From Lingula anatina (lineage: Eukaryota > Animalia > Brachiopoda), in the NCBI GenBank assembly GCA_051362555.1, contig CM120646.1, forward strand, positions 18,600,001 through 18,664,000: a stretch of 64,000 nucleotides of DNA, written 5' to 3'. This document shows positions 1 through 13,200 of this stretch, piece after piece. A program made the translations under genes and the position numbers. How positions within the stretch are numbered: position 1 is the first letter of the stretch; every line of letters starts with the position of its first letter. The notes below the pieces were generated by a model. The model saw only the letters and a program-made list of their open reading frames with translations. It did no database searches and was not told the DNA's origin.

Positions 1-258
1 ATATTAAATTGATAATTGTGATTAGCGTTCTTTTTTATATTTTTTTAACAAAGGCGGGATTTTTTATTGAACTTAGTCTATGTCTGTATTTCTGTATATA
101 GAATTTATGATTTGAGATTCCCTCACCCCCCCCCCCCTCTCAAAATACAGTGAGGTGCAGTTGGGCCTAAACATCTACTTCCACAATTGAAAGTGTTTTG
201 TTAAAACGGTTTTGAGCGCGACTGAAAGTACCGTATGTTTTTTCCGTTTCATTTAAAG

Positions 259-545
259 GGCATTCTGGCGGACTCCTCCCTGTTCCTCACTCAAACGACT
301 TCCACGAGGCGGCCTTGGTGTTACTGCTGGCGTTGGCCGGGTGCCCCGCCCAGAGTGAAGAGAGGCTCCAGAGAGCTATAGCGACCAGCGGCCTGGACGC
401 CGTGATCCAGTTACTGAAGGATATGCACACGCTCACGAGCAGCATCCCTGTGTATAAGCCCTCCCCACCTCCTGAAAAGGTCGAACTGAAAACAGAACAA
501 GGGGGAAAACCCAGATTTTTGTTGACGCCTAACGATTTGGTTTGA
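259..545 (+). CDS. Terminal coding exon of an unidentified gene that begins upstream of the window
   Basis: Pyrimidine-rich acceptor tttccgtttcatttaaag ends at 258. A GC-rich open frame follows (xHSGGLLPVPHSNDFHEAALVLLLALAGCPAQSEERLQ...RFLLTPNDLV*) with stop TGA at 543-545 and AATAAA at 998-1003. Family not recognised. Confidence 0.6.
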
Positions 546-997
546 TGGGATGGGAGTGTTTAATTTCCGCGTGGAAGGAAGAAAGAACTGGCGTGTACGC
601 TTCAAAACATCCCGGTGTCAAAAAACTGAGGGTCCGTGTAATAGACACTCCGTCCTACATAAGATCCGTACAGGTTAGAGCTGACATGATGTAATCGGGC
701 TCTGTATCAAAAAGGACTCGTGCGACACCGGGACAAGTGCCTTGTTTTTTAAGACCTTGTATGCACCCGAACGTATATTTCTGTTAATCTTAATCAAAGC
801 GACTTTCAAATAGAACGACAACGTTCAAGAAATTTCAACTAGAATGCAATAATCGAGATACAAGGATTGGATCAAAAGTGACGCAGAGATATCAGAACGA
901 TGCGGCAAACATAGATAAGCACTCAGCCCACCCATCTGCAAGTCCACTTGCCCCCGCTGCATTTATGTAACTTCTTGTGAATCAATACTAATTATTC

Positions 998-1049
998 AAT
1001 AAATATACCACCAGACTCGCACCAAGTAATCACTCTCAAAACCTTTATT
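998..1049. terminator. Convergent pair of polyadenylation signals
   Basis: AATAAA on + at 998-1003 lies downstream of the 259-545 exon. AATAAA on - at 1044-1049 (tttatt) lies downstream of the TTC3-like stop at 1716. Confidence 0.5.
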
Positions 1050-1715
1050 GCATATAAAATAGCGAAAACGTGAAGTAACATATACAAAACACAAATTCGT
1101 CCAACTAAGATTTTCCAAAAAATTAAAATCGGGCACATAAACGGATGTAGAGAACTGGTAGCGTTACATACGCATACTATCGTTTTATAACGATTCTCTG
1201 AATTGATAATGTGTAATGATTCAGCGCTGAAATATAAACTTTACTTATAAGATTCGTAACAGTTCTTAGACAAGATTTGACCATTGCAAAATTATAGTTT
1301 TAGAATCCTTGTAAAATATAAAGTTAAAAAACGCACATCTATGGCATTGTTCTCGAACCGTTTAGAGCAAATCGCATCTTAAGCCGCTACTTATATATCA
1401 GCCAGCAAAAATAAACAACGAAGTAACATAACTCAACGCAATTCATTTCCAATATTTGGACAGCACTTGCTATCATTTTCATATAATGCCATATAATTCT
1501 TGATTCTACAGCTCAATTGCCCATTGTGTATCAACTTAGCAGTCTTCATAATTGTCAAAACTAACGCATTCTCCACTAAAGCAATATACAGTCACCATTA
1601 ATAAATCCGTTCTTCACGAAACCCAGACTCGGACCCAATCCAACTGAAACAGACACTGTGTGGGGTGTGTGAACTTGACCAGTTCCCCCTTGTATCCCAG
1701 TGACCAGTGGTCAGT

Positions 1716-4700
1716 CTACTTGAGGTTAGGGAAGTCCTCTGGTAGCAGAGCATGGACTCTACAGGTGGGGCAGGTGCTCTGCTCTCGGAACCACTTGCTG
1801 ATGCACTGGAACGAACAGAGAGATGCATACTATGACTGATTCAAATATTTAATTTTGCTCAGTATACAAGTAGCCATTTACTGATATGTTAGAATGAACA
1901 GAGAGGTACAGTACAATAATAATAACTAATTGACTAATTCAAAGGTATAATTCTTGCCATAGAAATGTACTTTATTTGAGAAAAAGAACACTTTTGATCC
2001 CATGTCAGCTCAGAAACCCAAGCCAGCAGCTTAAAACCTCAATCAGAATTAAATTCTGAGTGAAAAAAAAAAACAATAAGCAAAGTTACAACCATCCTCG
2101 GGGCCCCAAGCCAATGGGGCTTTCCCCACAAACCCAAGAACACTGTATCCCAGTACCTCTACCCCTGCCACACGTCTCAACTTACCGTCCTATGAAAGCG
2201 GTGTTTGCAGTCCAGTCTGGCGGTGGTGGCGGGGGTCAGTTCCTCGTGACAGATTATACAGGGGTCCACTTCCTCCTCAAACAACTCCTGGGAGTTGTCC
2301 TCTGACCCCAGGGTGGGGAGGGAGGGGGAAACTTGGGGGATATTACTAACAACACTACTGCTGCTGTTGCCTTGGTTACCGTAGCTGAAACCAGGGGGAA
2401 GAGTTGGACGGGACATCTGATTTGGCATGGGTTTCCCCTGGTTCTGTAGAATCATAGAGGCAGTGCTGTGGATTATCTCCTCTAATGCCATCCCTGACAA
2501 TGACCCTCCACGAGATTCCCGAAGATCTTGGATCTTTTGGGTGATTTCAGTCCTAAAAGTGTAAGAGTGGATATACGTATAAGGAAAATGTTGACATTTA
2601 GATAGACTTGGAGGCTCTCTTAATTACCAAACTGTAAATGAAGATCAAAATGGCTGTAAAATAAGCCGGCGACAAAATAGTCTAAATTTTTTTGAATAGA
2701 TTAAATATTACATGAGTTTAAGTCAATTTAAGTTTCACCAGGCATACAGAAGATAGGTAACAGGTCACATAAATTTACCTGGAGATCTGAGGAAACATGG
2801 ACGTCAGAGTCAGCATGATCTTCTCAAAGCTATTCCTGGGTGTCCCACTGCCTATGGGGCGCTGAGGTGCTTGTGGCACCGTCCCAACAGGTGGCACTGC
2901 ACCTGGCAAATTTGGCACAGGTCGGGCAGGTGGCAGACCTAGTGGCGGGGGTGTTGTTGTTGTTGTGAGTGGCGCCACCTGCTGTCCCTGTTGTAGTCCA
3001 GGGGGCAGCTGCGGCTGCTGGGGAAAACTCCCCAGAGATGCAGAGCCCAGGGAAGGTGTTGGAAACCCTGGGGTCACAGTCTGGGGTGCTGCCGCTGCTG
3101 TTGCTGTCAAATTTGGAGGACGGGCTATTGGTCGTGAAGGTGGCACTAATGGTGGATACATCGAAGGGGTTCCACCCATTTGTGATAACATACCAGGGGT
3201 AAGATTCATCTGAAATGGTTACATTTTCAATTTTTAATAATAATAATAGTAAAATTATTATAAGAAATGAAAAAGAAAAGTTCAGCAGTATGTAATGTTC
3301 AACTTTATCATTTTCAAAACCACATCACTGACTACTGTTTTTGATCACATGCTTGCACACGGATAAATACACAGATGTTGGCACAACACACTAACACACG
3401 ACTGCACACATTTACAAATGAATACATTTTTTTCTGTGTCAAAAACAAATACACACACACACATATATGACCTAAGTTACAGATCTACTCACCCCTGGCA
3501 TCATGGGCGGGGCAGGGGGTGGTTTGGGGATTTGTAATTCAGGCAGAGATGCCAGTTCTCTGCCACTTTCTACCATCTTGATTTGTTCTTGAAATTCATT
3601 CTGAAATAATAAAAATAATAACGATCATAAAAATTATATCAAAATGTAGCAGCTGGAGTATTAGTCAGCTTTCACTTTCAATTTCTGCACTCTGTATCTA
3701 TAGCATTGAATTTAATACCTGTTAAAGAAATAGAACACAGAAATAAAGAATGAGTTCTGAAACACTCTTTCTGAAACCCCATCCCCTTTTTTTTTTCTCC
3801 TTTTTATCTCATTCGTGACAACAGAATGTCAAACAAGAAACGCATACCAATGACTGGTTTATAAGTTCCTGTAATTTCTTCACCATAGCTTCCCACTGTT
3901 CATAAGAAGTCTGCAGTGGAGGGGGGACTGGGTGGTGCTCATCCTGTAACCTACAGATAATAAAAAATAGACAGTAAGGCTGGCACATATACAGAATCTG
4001 AACAAATGAAGGTTTAATGGGTAACGTTTAGGGAATTAAGTCTTCAAAACTTCTTTTCAAGTATCAGTTAAACAAACTTGATGAACTTCAACAAAGTGAA
4101 GAAAGTCCAAACAACTCACTTCTGAATTCCTTTTCCAAGGTAAGTAAGATACAGCTGTGCATCTCTTAAACTCCTGGACAAAAAGTCTGTTCCCACCTCT
4201 TGTTTTACCCTCAGTACTTGGACCTACAGAAACCACAAACCAACTTACAAACAAAAATAAGACAGGTTGTTCATTTAAGTACATAAAAGATAATTATATT
4301 AAAAGCAAACTTTCAGTTACAGGCATTTTGCTATCTGCTAGTATATGTCCACTTGCTTCAGTAATTTACCTTACCACTGTTGAAGATATGTGGAGAATGC
4401 TTTAAACAAATGCAAAGATATAAAACAGGGAGTATAGGTAAACAATGAACTCAATAACATGCAAATGCACACGAGGCCTTGTACTAACACATGCAGGTGC
4501 ACACGCATGCATGTATGGGCAGGTATTCACTACAGCCAGATGAGACCTGGTCTTTTTTTATTCACACACACACACACATGCACACACGCATGCACACATG
4601 CACACACACACACATGCACACACACACACATGCACACACACATGCATTCACACACACACACATGCATGCACACACACACACATGCACACACACACATGCA

Positions 4701-7700
4701 CACACACACACATGCACACACACATGCATGCACACACACACACATGCACACACACACACATGCACATAATACACACAGAGAGACAGGTACCTACCTCAGC
4801 AAGCTGAGCCCTGGTCCTTTCTTTATTCACTTGACTTGAGAGGAGCTCCAGCTGTTCATGCGTTTTAAGTCTATCTGTGTTGGATTTGTCGCGATCAGAG
4901 TTAATCTGTTGGTAGAGTTCCAACACTTTCTGGTCTCTTGCTGATATTTGTTCAATAAATCTGAAATAATAATAAAGAACTTAATTTATTTTGTTGAAAA
5001 AGACACTGCTTTTAAAAACTGAGTCTATAGCTTTTTTCAACTCATTCTTGAATAAAAACAATGCCCTGCCAATTGGACATCTAGTTGTTCAACACAAAAG
5101 AAAGACATTTACAAGCAAAACAACTGTTTCAGAATCTACATTTGCATGATAAGAACATCAATTTATCCCAAATCCAGATGAATAATAGTGAGGATGTAAA
5201 TGGATAATAAAAATATAATGATTAAAAAAAACAAAAAACAAAAAAAAAAAAAAACAAGCAATACAAAAATATAGTCATTTACTATACCAGCTTCTAACCA
5301 GGAAGTGATCAATCACTTGACAATGTCTAAAATAATCAGTCACATTTTGCTGATATAAAAGTCCACATCCAGAAAAAAACACATCACAATACTCACTCTT
5401 GCTCAGAAAGTTTCAGTGTAGCAATCTGTTGCTTTAAAGCCTTCAGCTCCTCTAAATATCCTTTCTTTTCCTGGGCCCATTTTTTGACTTCGTTTTCATG
5501 GGACTTTGTTAACTTTTTGTTTTCATCATTCACATTCTGAAGAGGAAAAAATGCATAACTCAAATAACTGGTTTATGCTACACAGACTTGATATAATCGT
5601 GTGTAAAAATAAATTTCACTCACCCAGCCTTATGTGTGCCATCTCTGTCCTTATACAGTCACAGCTCCAATCAAGTTGGGACAGCTTGACAACGATTTTT
5701 AACCATACAGAGCCCACCTAATCTACCTGTTCTCCAACCCATTACTATGTAGTAACTGAGATAAACCCCACGCTAGTACAAAACTAGTTTCCTTTACTGA
5801 ATCATTGAAAAATAGTAAAAATATACCAGTAATTAAAATTTTCTTCAGCAAAAAACTTCACAAGGATGTAAAATAAGTTGAGATACACTGATGCTTAAAT
5901 AAATAAATTAATTAAAACCAAGAATTTCTACAGGTTTAAGATAAATAAATAAATAAATAAATAAATAAAAGTCAAGAATGTTCACTGGTTCATCAATGCA
6001 TAAATTAAATAAAATTAATTTTTCTAATCCAAACCTTCATCTCCTCCTCCAACTCCTCCACTTTCTCCTGCAACCTCTTCATGTCGGCACTGTTGGAGTT
6101 CTGCAGCTGTTTATACTTGTCCTTCAGCTCCTGACAGGTCGTCTCCAGCAGCATGTGCTCCTGCCTCAGACCTTCGTACTCTTCCCACGGCTCCGTCTGC
6201 ACTGCCACTTCAGCCACTTTTGGTCCAGAAATTCCAGTGCTCCCTCTGGCAGACTCTGCTGCAGTGCTCCCAATACCCTGCAGGGTACCATGCTTCAAAG
6301 GGGGGTGCATGCTGACGTAACCCCCTGGGGGTCTTGACCCAATGGGGTGTGGGAGCTGATGAATTGGAGTTGTCGGTTGTTGATTAAGTTTGGGAGACTG
6401 CGCCAAGGGGTGCACAATTGGGGGTTCCATATTATAATTCCTTGGGTATATTGCCAGGGGAGGGTTTTCTTGTGTTTTAGGTGCATTCTCCTCCTCGTTG
6501 GCATCATCTCCAAGGATACTGCTCACTATTTTCAGGGGATCTGTGTCGAACCCAGAACTTCCAACAAGGGCTGCGATCTTGCTTTCCCTGCTTGTTATCA
6601 TTTTTTCACTTTGCGGTGGTCCCACAACATTTCTTCCAGGCACATCTGGGGATTCCCTGTCACCTCTTCTGCTTGGCAAGAACAGGTTTGGAGAGTCAGA
6701 ACTGCCTTGAAATGGTGAAAACTCAGAAAGAGCTGATGTGGTCACTGGAAAAGCAGGATTCTCAGGACTGTGTCCAACTTCTGCCATACTTCGTCCGCCA
6801 GTGTTTAAACCTCCAACAGCTCTCTGAAATGTCCCGCCACTCTGGGCGTCTTTTTTCATCTTTTTTTCAGAACCAATTGGTTTTATTTTCAATCCTGGAG
6901 GCCCAACAGCCTCCATTTGTCCACTGTTATTCAACGCTTTCGCTTCATGAGGCACACCGTCCAAATAATTCGGCCAGCTGCTCATGTGACTGGGTGTGGC
7001 AGGCAGTGACGATGAATGTCCAGAAACTTGTCTCATACCACCTGGTAAATCTTTTGGTGTCAAAGATCTGTTCGGCTCTGAATTTTGAGCAATTGCGTTT
7101 TGTGAAATATTGATATTTTTTGCCTTGTTTGATATAGAAATATGAAACTCTGGAGTTTTTGTACCACGTGCTAACACTGACGGACTCAAACTTCTGCTTC
7201 TAGCGTCAGCATCAGCAATTTTCATTTCAGCTATAAAAGCTGGTTTTTTAACCTCAGAATCTTTTCCATCACTTTCAGATGATGGATCCTTGCTACATGT
7301 TCCTTTGTCACGCAATTCTCCAACCAAACTGTGCACTTTCCGTCTAAATTCATCTGCAATAGATGATAATTCATTTCCCGTTTCTGTACTTTTTGCATTT
7401 CCAGAAATATTTTGTGGTCCTCCTTGAATATTTTTTTGCCTCTTTGTGTCACCTTCACTATCACTTTCAGGTTTTTTCAAAATTTCATTTTCTATAATAT
7501 TATTCCCTTTTGAAATCAGGGCTGGTGAGTTCCTTCCCCTTTCCAAATTTTCTCCATTTGAAGTCACAACAGAAGTGGATCCCACACAAGTTGCTATAGA
7601 ACTTAGGGTCACAGGATCTCCATACACATTCTGAACAGCCTCATTTGAATTTGAGACTTCAACACTCCTTGCATCATACAAACTTGGGAAGTCCGCTGCC

Positions 7701-8257
7701 GATAAATCAGTCAAATCTGCTTTCGAATAAGAATCCAGAGTTCTAGGTGACATGGCTCTGTCTCTGAGGGCAGACTGCGCCAACTCCGCAAGAGAGCCTC
7801 GCATTGAACTGACTCCAACTGACAGTCCTAAACGCTGCCGATCTTTCTCCCACATTTCTCTGGCATGCACTGCATCTCTCATCAAACACACATAATCTCC
7901 AATAACTGCAAACTTGAAACTTTTCAACAAGAAGTCACGCAAGTGTCCAGCTTTTTTAATAAGGTACACGGCTTCATCAGGAAAGTTTCTGATTTCTCCT
8001 GTGATCCTCTCATCCTCTATATGGATGGGGCCACTTACCTTCAGGGTTTCTTCAAAGAAACTGAAAAGATTTATTTATCAATGTGGTAAGATCTTGAGTG
8101 ATTCAAGAAAAAAAATGCACCTAAGACTACCACTGCACTTTAATTGGTCAAACTGTGTTTACATCTTATTTTAACAGATGCATATTTCGTCTTCAAAAAA
8201 TGTTAAAACACACAGTCACATTGTGACACATAAAAATATACATGTAAATATACAAAC

Positions 8258-8332
<75 letters not shown>

Positions 8333-10237
8333 CTTCTCTTTAGAATGCTAAGATCCACCTTTTAACCAATCATTGCAAATAAATCAACGAAACAAAAAGA
8401 GAGAGAAAAAACAAGCTTTTTTTATGTTTAAATATATATATGTAGGTGTACTTTGGTACCTCTGCCACATTCAACTAACAGATCCCACTACCACACACTT
8501 ACGAGTACATAAATTCCCTAATAGGGATCAGTTCTGGTGGTATATAATCCTCATCTTTGGGTTTCTGGTTTCCTCCCACAACTCCCCCTATGTTAGCCTT
8601 GACTGCCTCGGCTGCACTGGCATATTTCGCCGTGGTACGCGAATTTTCAAACGCCTCAATTTGATCACGCAGGTGCTCTGGGGGCTGAAATGGCCTGTCC
8701 ATGTCCAACGTCTCAGAGTAATTGCTGCTGGACACACTGCTACAAAATAGAAATGATCATCCTTAAAATTGCCCAACTTTTATGTTTTAGCAGACAATTT
8801 CATAATGTGTTTCAGTTACTTTTATCTACCTTAAAGAGCATGTGCAATTCAACATTTAGTTGCAAGAAAGTGTATAATTATTTCTATAATTATTAAAATC
8901 TTTATCAATGACATCTTATCACTTTGAGATGTCACAACGGGACTGATTTCCTCTTGTTCATTCATTCATTTATATTTTCGATTCTTTTTAATCAAAAGGG
9001 GAAGGGCAAAAGAATTTAATTTCTAATCAAATAATTCCAACATTTCATACAAAATATTATATAAAATATTTTTCACTTCTTTCTGAAGTAGACGTCAATA
9101 AATTCATATAACAAAACTAAATCAACACAATGTATAATAGCCTAGCCCAAGGCATAAAGTAATGAATATCTTGACTTCATGACATATTTTGTGACTTCTT
9201 ATTAACTGACCACTTATCATCCATACTGAGCAGATGCATGAATGCAAGTGTGCTTCATTCAAACGAAAACTTAATCATGCCACTTATGCCTTCATTTCAG
9301 CAGCCTGAGTAATTGGGAGTCGCAAATGCATTTGCTTGACACTGTGTGATGCTGTCCAAGGTAAAATGATACATATAAATATATAAAATATAATGAGAAG
9401 ACGTCACAAATCCCACCTATTGTTACCAATAATAAACCTCTACTGACTACACAAGGTGGTCCTATTATTTTCTTTCTCAGACAAGTACTGTGTGGCAGAC
9501 ATATAATTATGCAGCTGGGTTACCAGATAATCAAAACAGGGGATACCTGGATGTCAAAAATAATACCACCATTTACAGATAATCCTTACACCTGGATTTG
9601 TGTTTCTCACTATTTTGGATAGACTACTTAACATGAATCAGCGTGTAAAATTGATATCCACTGTTATGAGAAAGGAAAATAGAATCCAGAGTATATGCTG
9701 CAAATGCCATACAACAAGAATATAGCACTGCAGGTTTACAATTACTCATCTCAGGCAGGCAGGCAGGCAGGCAGACAGACAGACGGACAGACAGACAGAA
9801 AGGGCATTGGGGTCACTTCTTTGTTTCCCAAAAATACAAATTTCTAAGTGTGGTTGTGTCAGCTTGAAACTGCTAATAGATGACAAAAGGCATATAATGA
9901 TATGATTAGCAGGATGCTAATAGATGACAAAAGGCATATAATGATATGATTAGGCTATACTGTCTACTGTAGGCTACCAGACTGTTGTTAGATATCTCTG
10001 CAACACTAGAGCCACTCACTATCTATGACACTATTCCCATAAACACAATCACCATATATGGATGGATCCAGCTCTGCGGGGGGTCCTTCTGAGTGCAATC
10101 AGCTTACTGAATGAGTACCTCCATTTTTTTTCTTTTTGGAAAGGGGGGGGGGGAGGGGATATAATTAATCATGCTCATACTTATGTTGAATACATGTTTA
10201 GCACATTCTCGCATCATTCCAATTCAATGACAAAAAA

Positions 10238-10288
<51 letters not shown>

Positions 10289-13200
10289 AATACACGAATT
10301 TCAAAACAAATGGATATCCGTAAATTACAAGTTGTGTCAACCTTTCTGTTGTGTCTACTGGGATTAACGTTCAAGGTATCATTCTAGAACTAAGCCAGGC
10401 AATTATTACTGACAGAAATCATCATAACACAGATACTGTTAAAAGCAATTTTAGGGCAAAAAAATCAATGACCTTCAACTCTAAAAATGATGAAAATGGT
10501 AATATATATCAGTCTCAAAAATCTACTTAAACTTTGGTCGCATATTTAGTGGATTCTATTTTCAAAAGTCTGAAATCTCCCCAAGACAGAGCATTATCAA
10601 TTACCAACACTCACCAAACTTCAAAATCATCAATATCCTCAAGTCCTCCAATTGTCAAAGACTTTGTTGGCATCTGTCTGTCTACAGTGCCATCTATATC
10701 TGGGTCAGGAACATCCGCAGACATAGTTGTAGAAGTCTCATGAAACTCATCCAAACTCATCACCTTTTTCTCCTTTTTCTTTTTCTGTTTATGCTTCTGT
10801 TGTTTAAAGGCCTAGGTTGGGGATTAAAAAAAAACATGATATATCACAGACAATGAAGAGTGACTTGTAAAGGTAAATAAAATCATCATTTTCAAGCTGG
10901 GCAATTTAACATATGAAACATTAAACAAACACTTGTCAGTTTTCCTTCAAAGCTTTTAAATATAACATGTTAATTCACTTGGTGCACAAACTGGTTTTCA
11001 TGTACCTTATATGTGATTTCTTCCCTCTCATCCTCATCTTCTCTCTTCAGCATTGTAAGTTTAACATCTCCCACAGGTGGCGTTACTGTTCCACTTCCCT
11101 GCGCTGGAAGCTTTCCTGGAAAAACAATGAATCAGTTCATAACAGGGCCGTAGCCTGAGCAAAATGCCAGGGGGGGCAGTAAGCGGACACGAGGGGGCGA
11201 AACCCCCGAGGGGGGAGGGGGTGTCCCCCTCCCAGTGTGGAAAATTCTAAATCCCAGGGGGGGCACCTGCCCCCCCTGCCCCCCCGGAGGCTACGGCCCT
11301 GCATAACATAAGTAAAGTTGATCAAAACTGCCATCTATTTTTATATTGAACAGTTACACCTCAGGACAATGTCACTAATCTCCTCCCCTCTGAACACTCT
11401 TAAATTTGTACCACACAGCCATTATCTGTCCTACTACAGATCACCAAAAAATTAAAATTAAATAATTTTTTTCATTTCAAGAAAACCAATTCCCACATAA
11501 AAACAAAAGATAAATCCTTAAAAACCACTGCCATATTATTTTGGGATCATTCAAATATTCGTAACCTGATGCTGAAATGTAATCACAACACAACAGTAAC
11601 AACTCAGCATAGGTCTCAATCTTCTACCTGGATGACGCGACTTAAAGGAAGACACACGCAAATTGGATGAGATTGACGCACTGATTATAACTGTGACAAT
11701 AAGCATAATGACCACTCACCAGCAAAATCCAACTTGTTTTCTTCCTGTCTTGGAGTACTGGTGGCACTACTAGGTTTAGATGTCTTAATGAAAATAACAA
11801 AAAAAAAAAGTGTAGATGAAGGTCAATTAGGAGCAGTACCCCCGTTTAAACCTCAATAATATTATATGCTGAGTGCTAAGTTTGGAGTCAACAGGTTAGT
11901 TGTAACAGTTTTATAAGAGTCTTTGATATACCATGGGAAGTGAGCCCACAACTTCTGAAATAGGAGGGGGGAAACAGTTTTTTATTCTTATGGCTATCAC
12001 ATGCGCAGCTAAATAACTGGCCTTGAATTACACCGACTGGTGAAATATGAATTCCAGTGCTGTGCGTGATGTTTATATTGCCTACATACATAATAGTTTA
12101 GTTTTATTTTTCAAGTGACCAATTTTGCCTGTTAACTGTGACATATCAAGCTAATTTCTATTTGGACATTAAGCATATATAAAACAAAACTTAATGCATA
12201 AAAAATTATATTGAAAGCTACCTTAAACCATGCACTGTACTGTAAATGAACTTCCTTATTTAATTTAAAAAAAATATTGATTTCTGATTTTTTTAGCCCC
12301 GGGAAAAAAAGTTACTTCATTTTTGACATTATGAACTCAATATTAAGTAGGAAAATGTAAAATAAACCAAGAAAGAAAATTTATATCTATCTATAAGTTT
12401 CCATCAAGACAATACATCAATACAGATGGATTGCAATCAAACAATGCATTATACTTCATAATTCTTTTTAATTGCTCAGCATTAACAAGTTATAAAATTA
12501 GATCTTCAGAATATAGATCTGTCTTTTAAAATACTGAAACAAGAACATTAACTTTTGTCTTTTCCACCATTTATACTGCTAACCTATCATTTCTGTTCTG
12601 CTATTTCTTTTTCATATCTCATCTACAAAGTAAAAAGATTTTAAGAAATCAAGTTTCCGAAAAGCAGATTTACCTTGTGAATATGTTCTGCTTTTTTCTC
12701 CAACATCTCCAACTCTTGCATTATGGAATTATCAGAATTCAAGTCCTTGCTTTCACGTGGGCTAACTTTTGCACTTGTACTTCCCTCCTGTACGTCTTCC
12801 AACTTCTTTGATAAATCTTGTCTCTTTTGCTTTCGCAGCTCTTTTTTGCTAGGTTTCTTTTTGCTATTCACTTCCTGGCTTAATGACGAAGGGTTCATTT
12901 TCTTGCCCTTTCCCCCATGCCTACTTTCCTTTATTCGATTGAGATCTTCTTCTTCTATCATAAGCTGGAGAAAAACATGAAATTTAACCATACAACTGTG
13001 CTTGTGTCATCTAAAAATATCCATCGACTGAACGACAGTGTTACATATCAGTTGGATCAATATATTTTGTTTCACTGTCATATTGATTTTTTTTCTGATA
13101 ATCATACTAATCAGTGAGCTCTATATTTGTTACATATTGTGTTCAGGTAGAGATCATATATCAAATACCTATCTTTGACATGCCCTCATTTAAACCTAGG

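Noticed and set aside
4459-4839. His/Thr- and Cys/Val-rich ORFs
   Set aside because: Translations of a (CA)n/CATG microsatellite within an intron.
6005-7969. 654-aa ORF as a standalone gene
   Set aside because: It is the interior of exon 8060-6035 of the TTC3-like gene, bounded by splice sites.
5978-8174. Several + strand ORFs up to 210 aa
   Set aside because: Antisense shadows of the large TTC3-like exon, with no independent coding features.
10055-10120. GC-richer open stretch on the - strand as an extra TTC3-like exon
   Set aside because: Purine-rich, poor acceptor. Exons 10615 and 8739 already join in phase.
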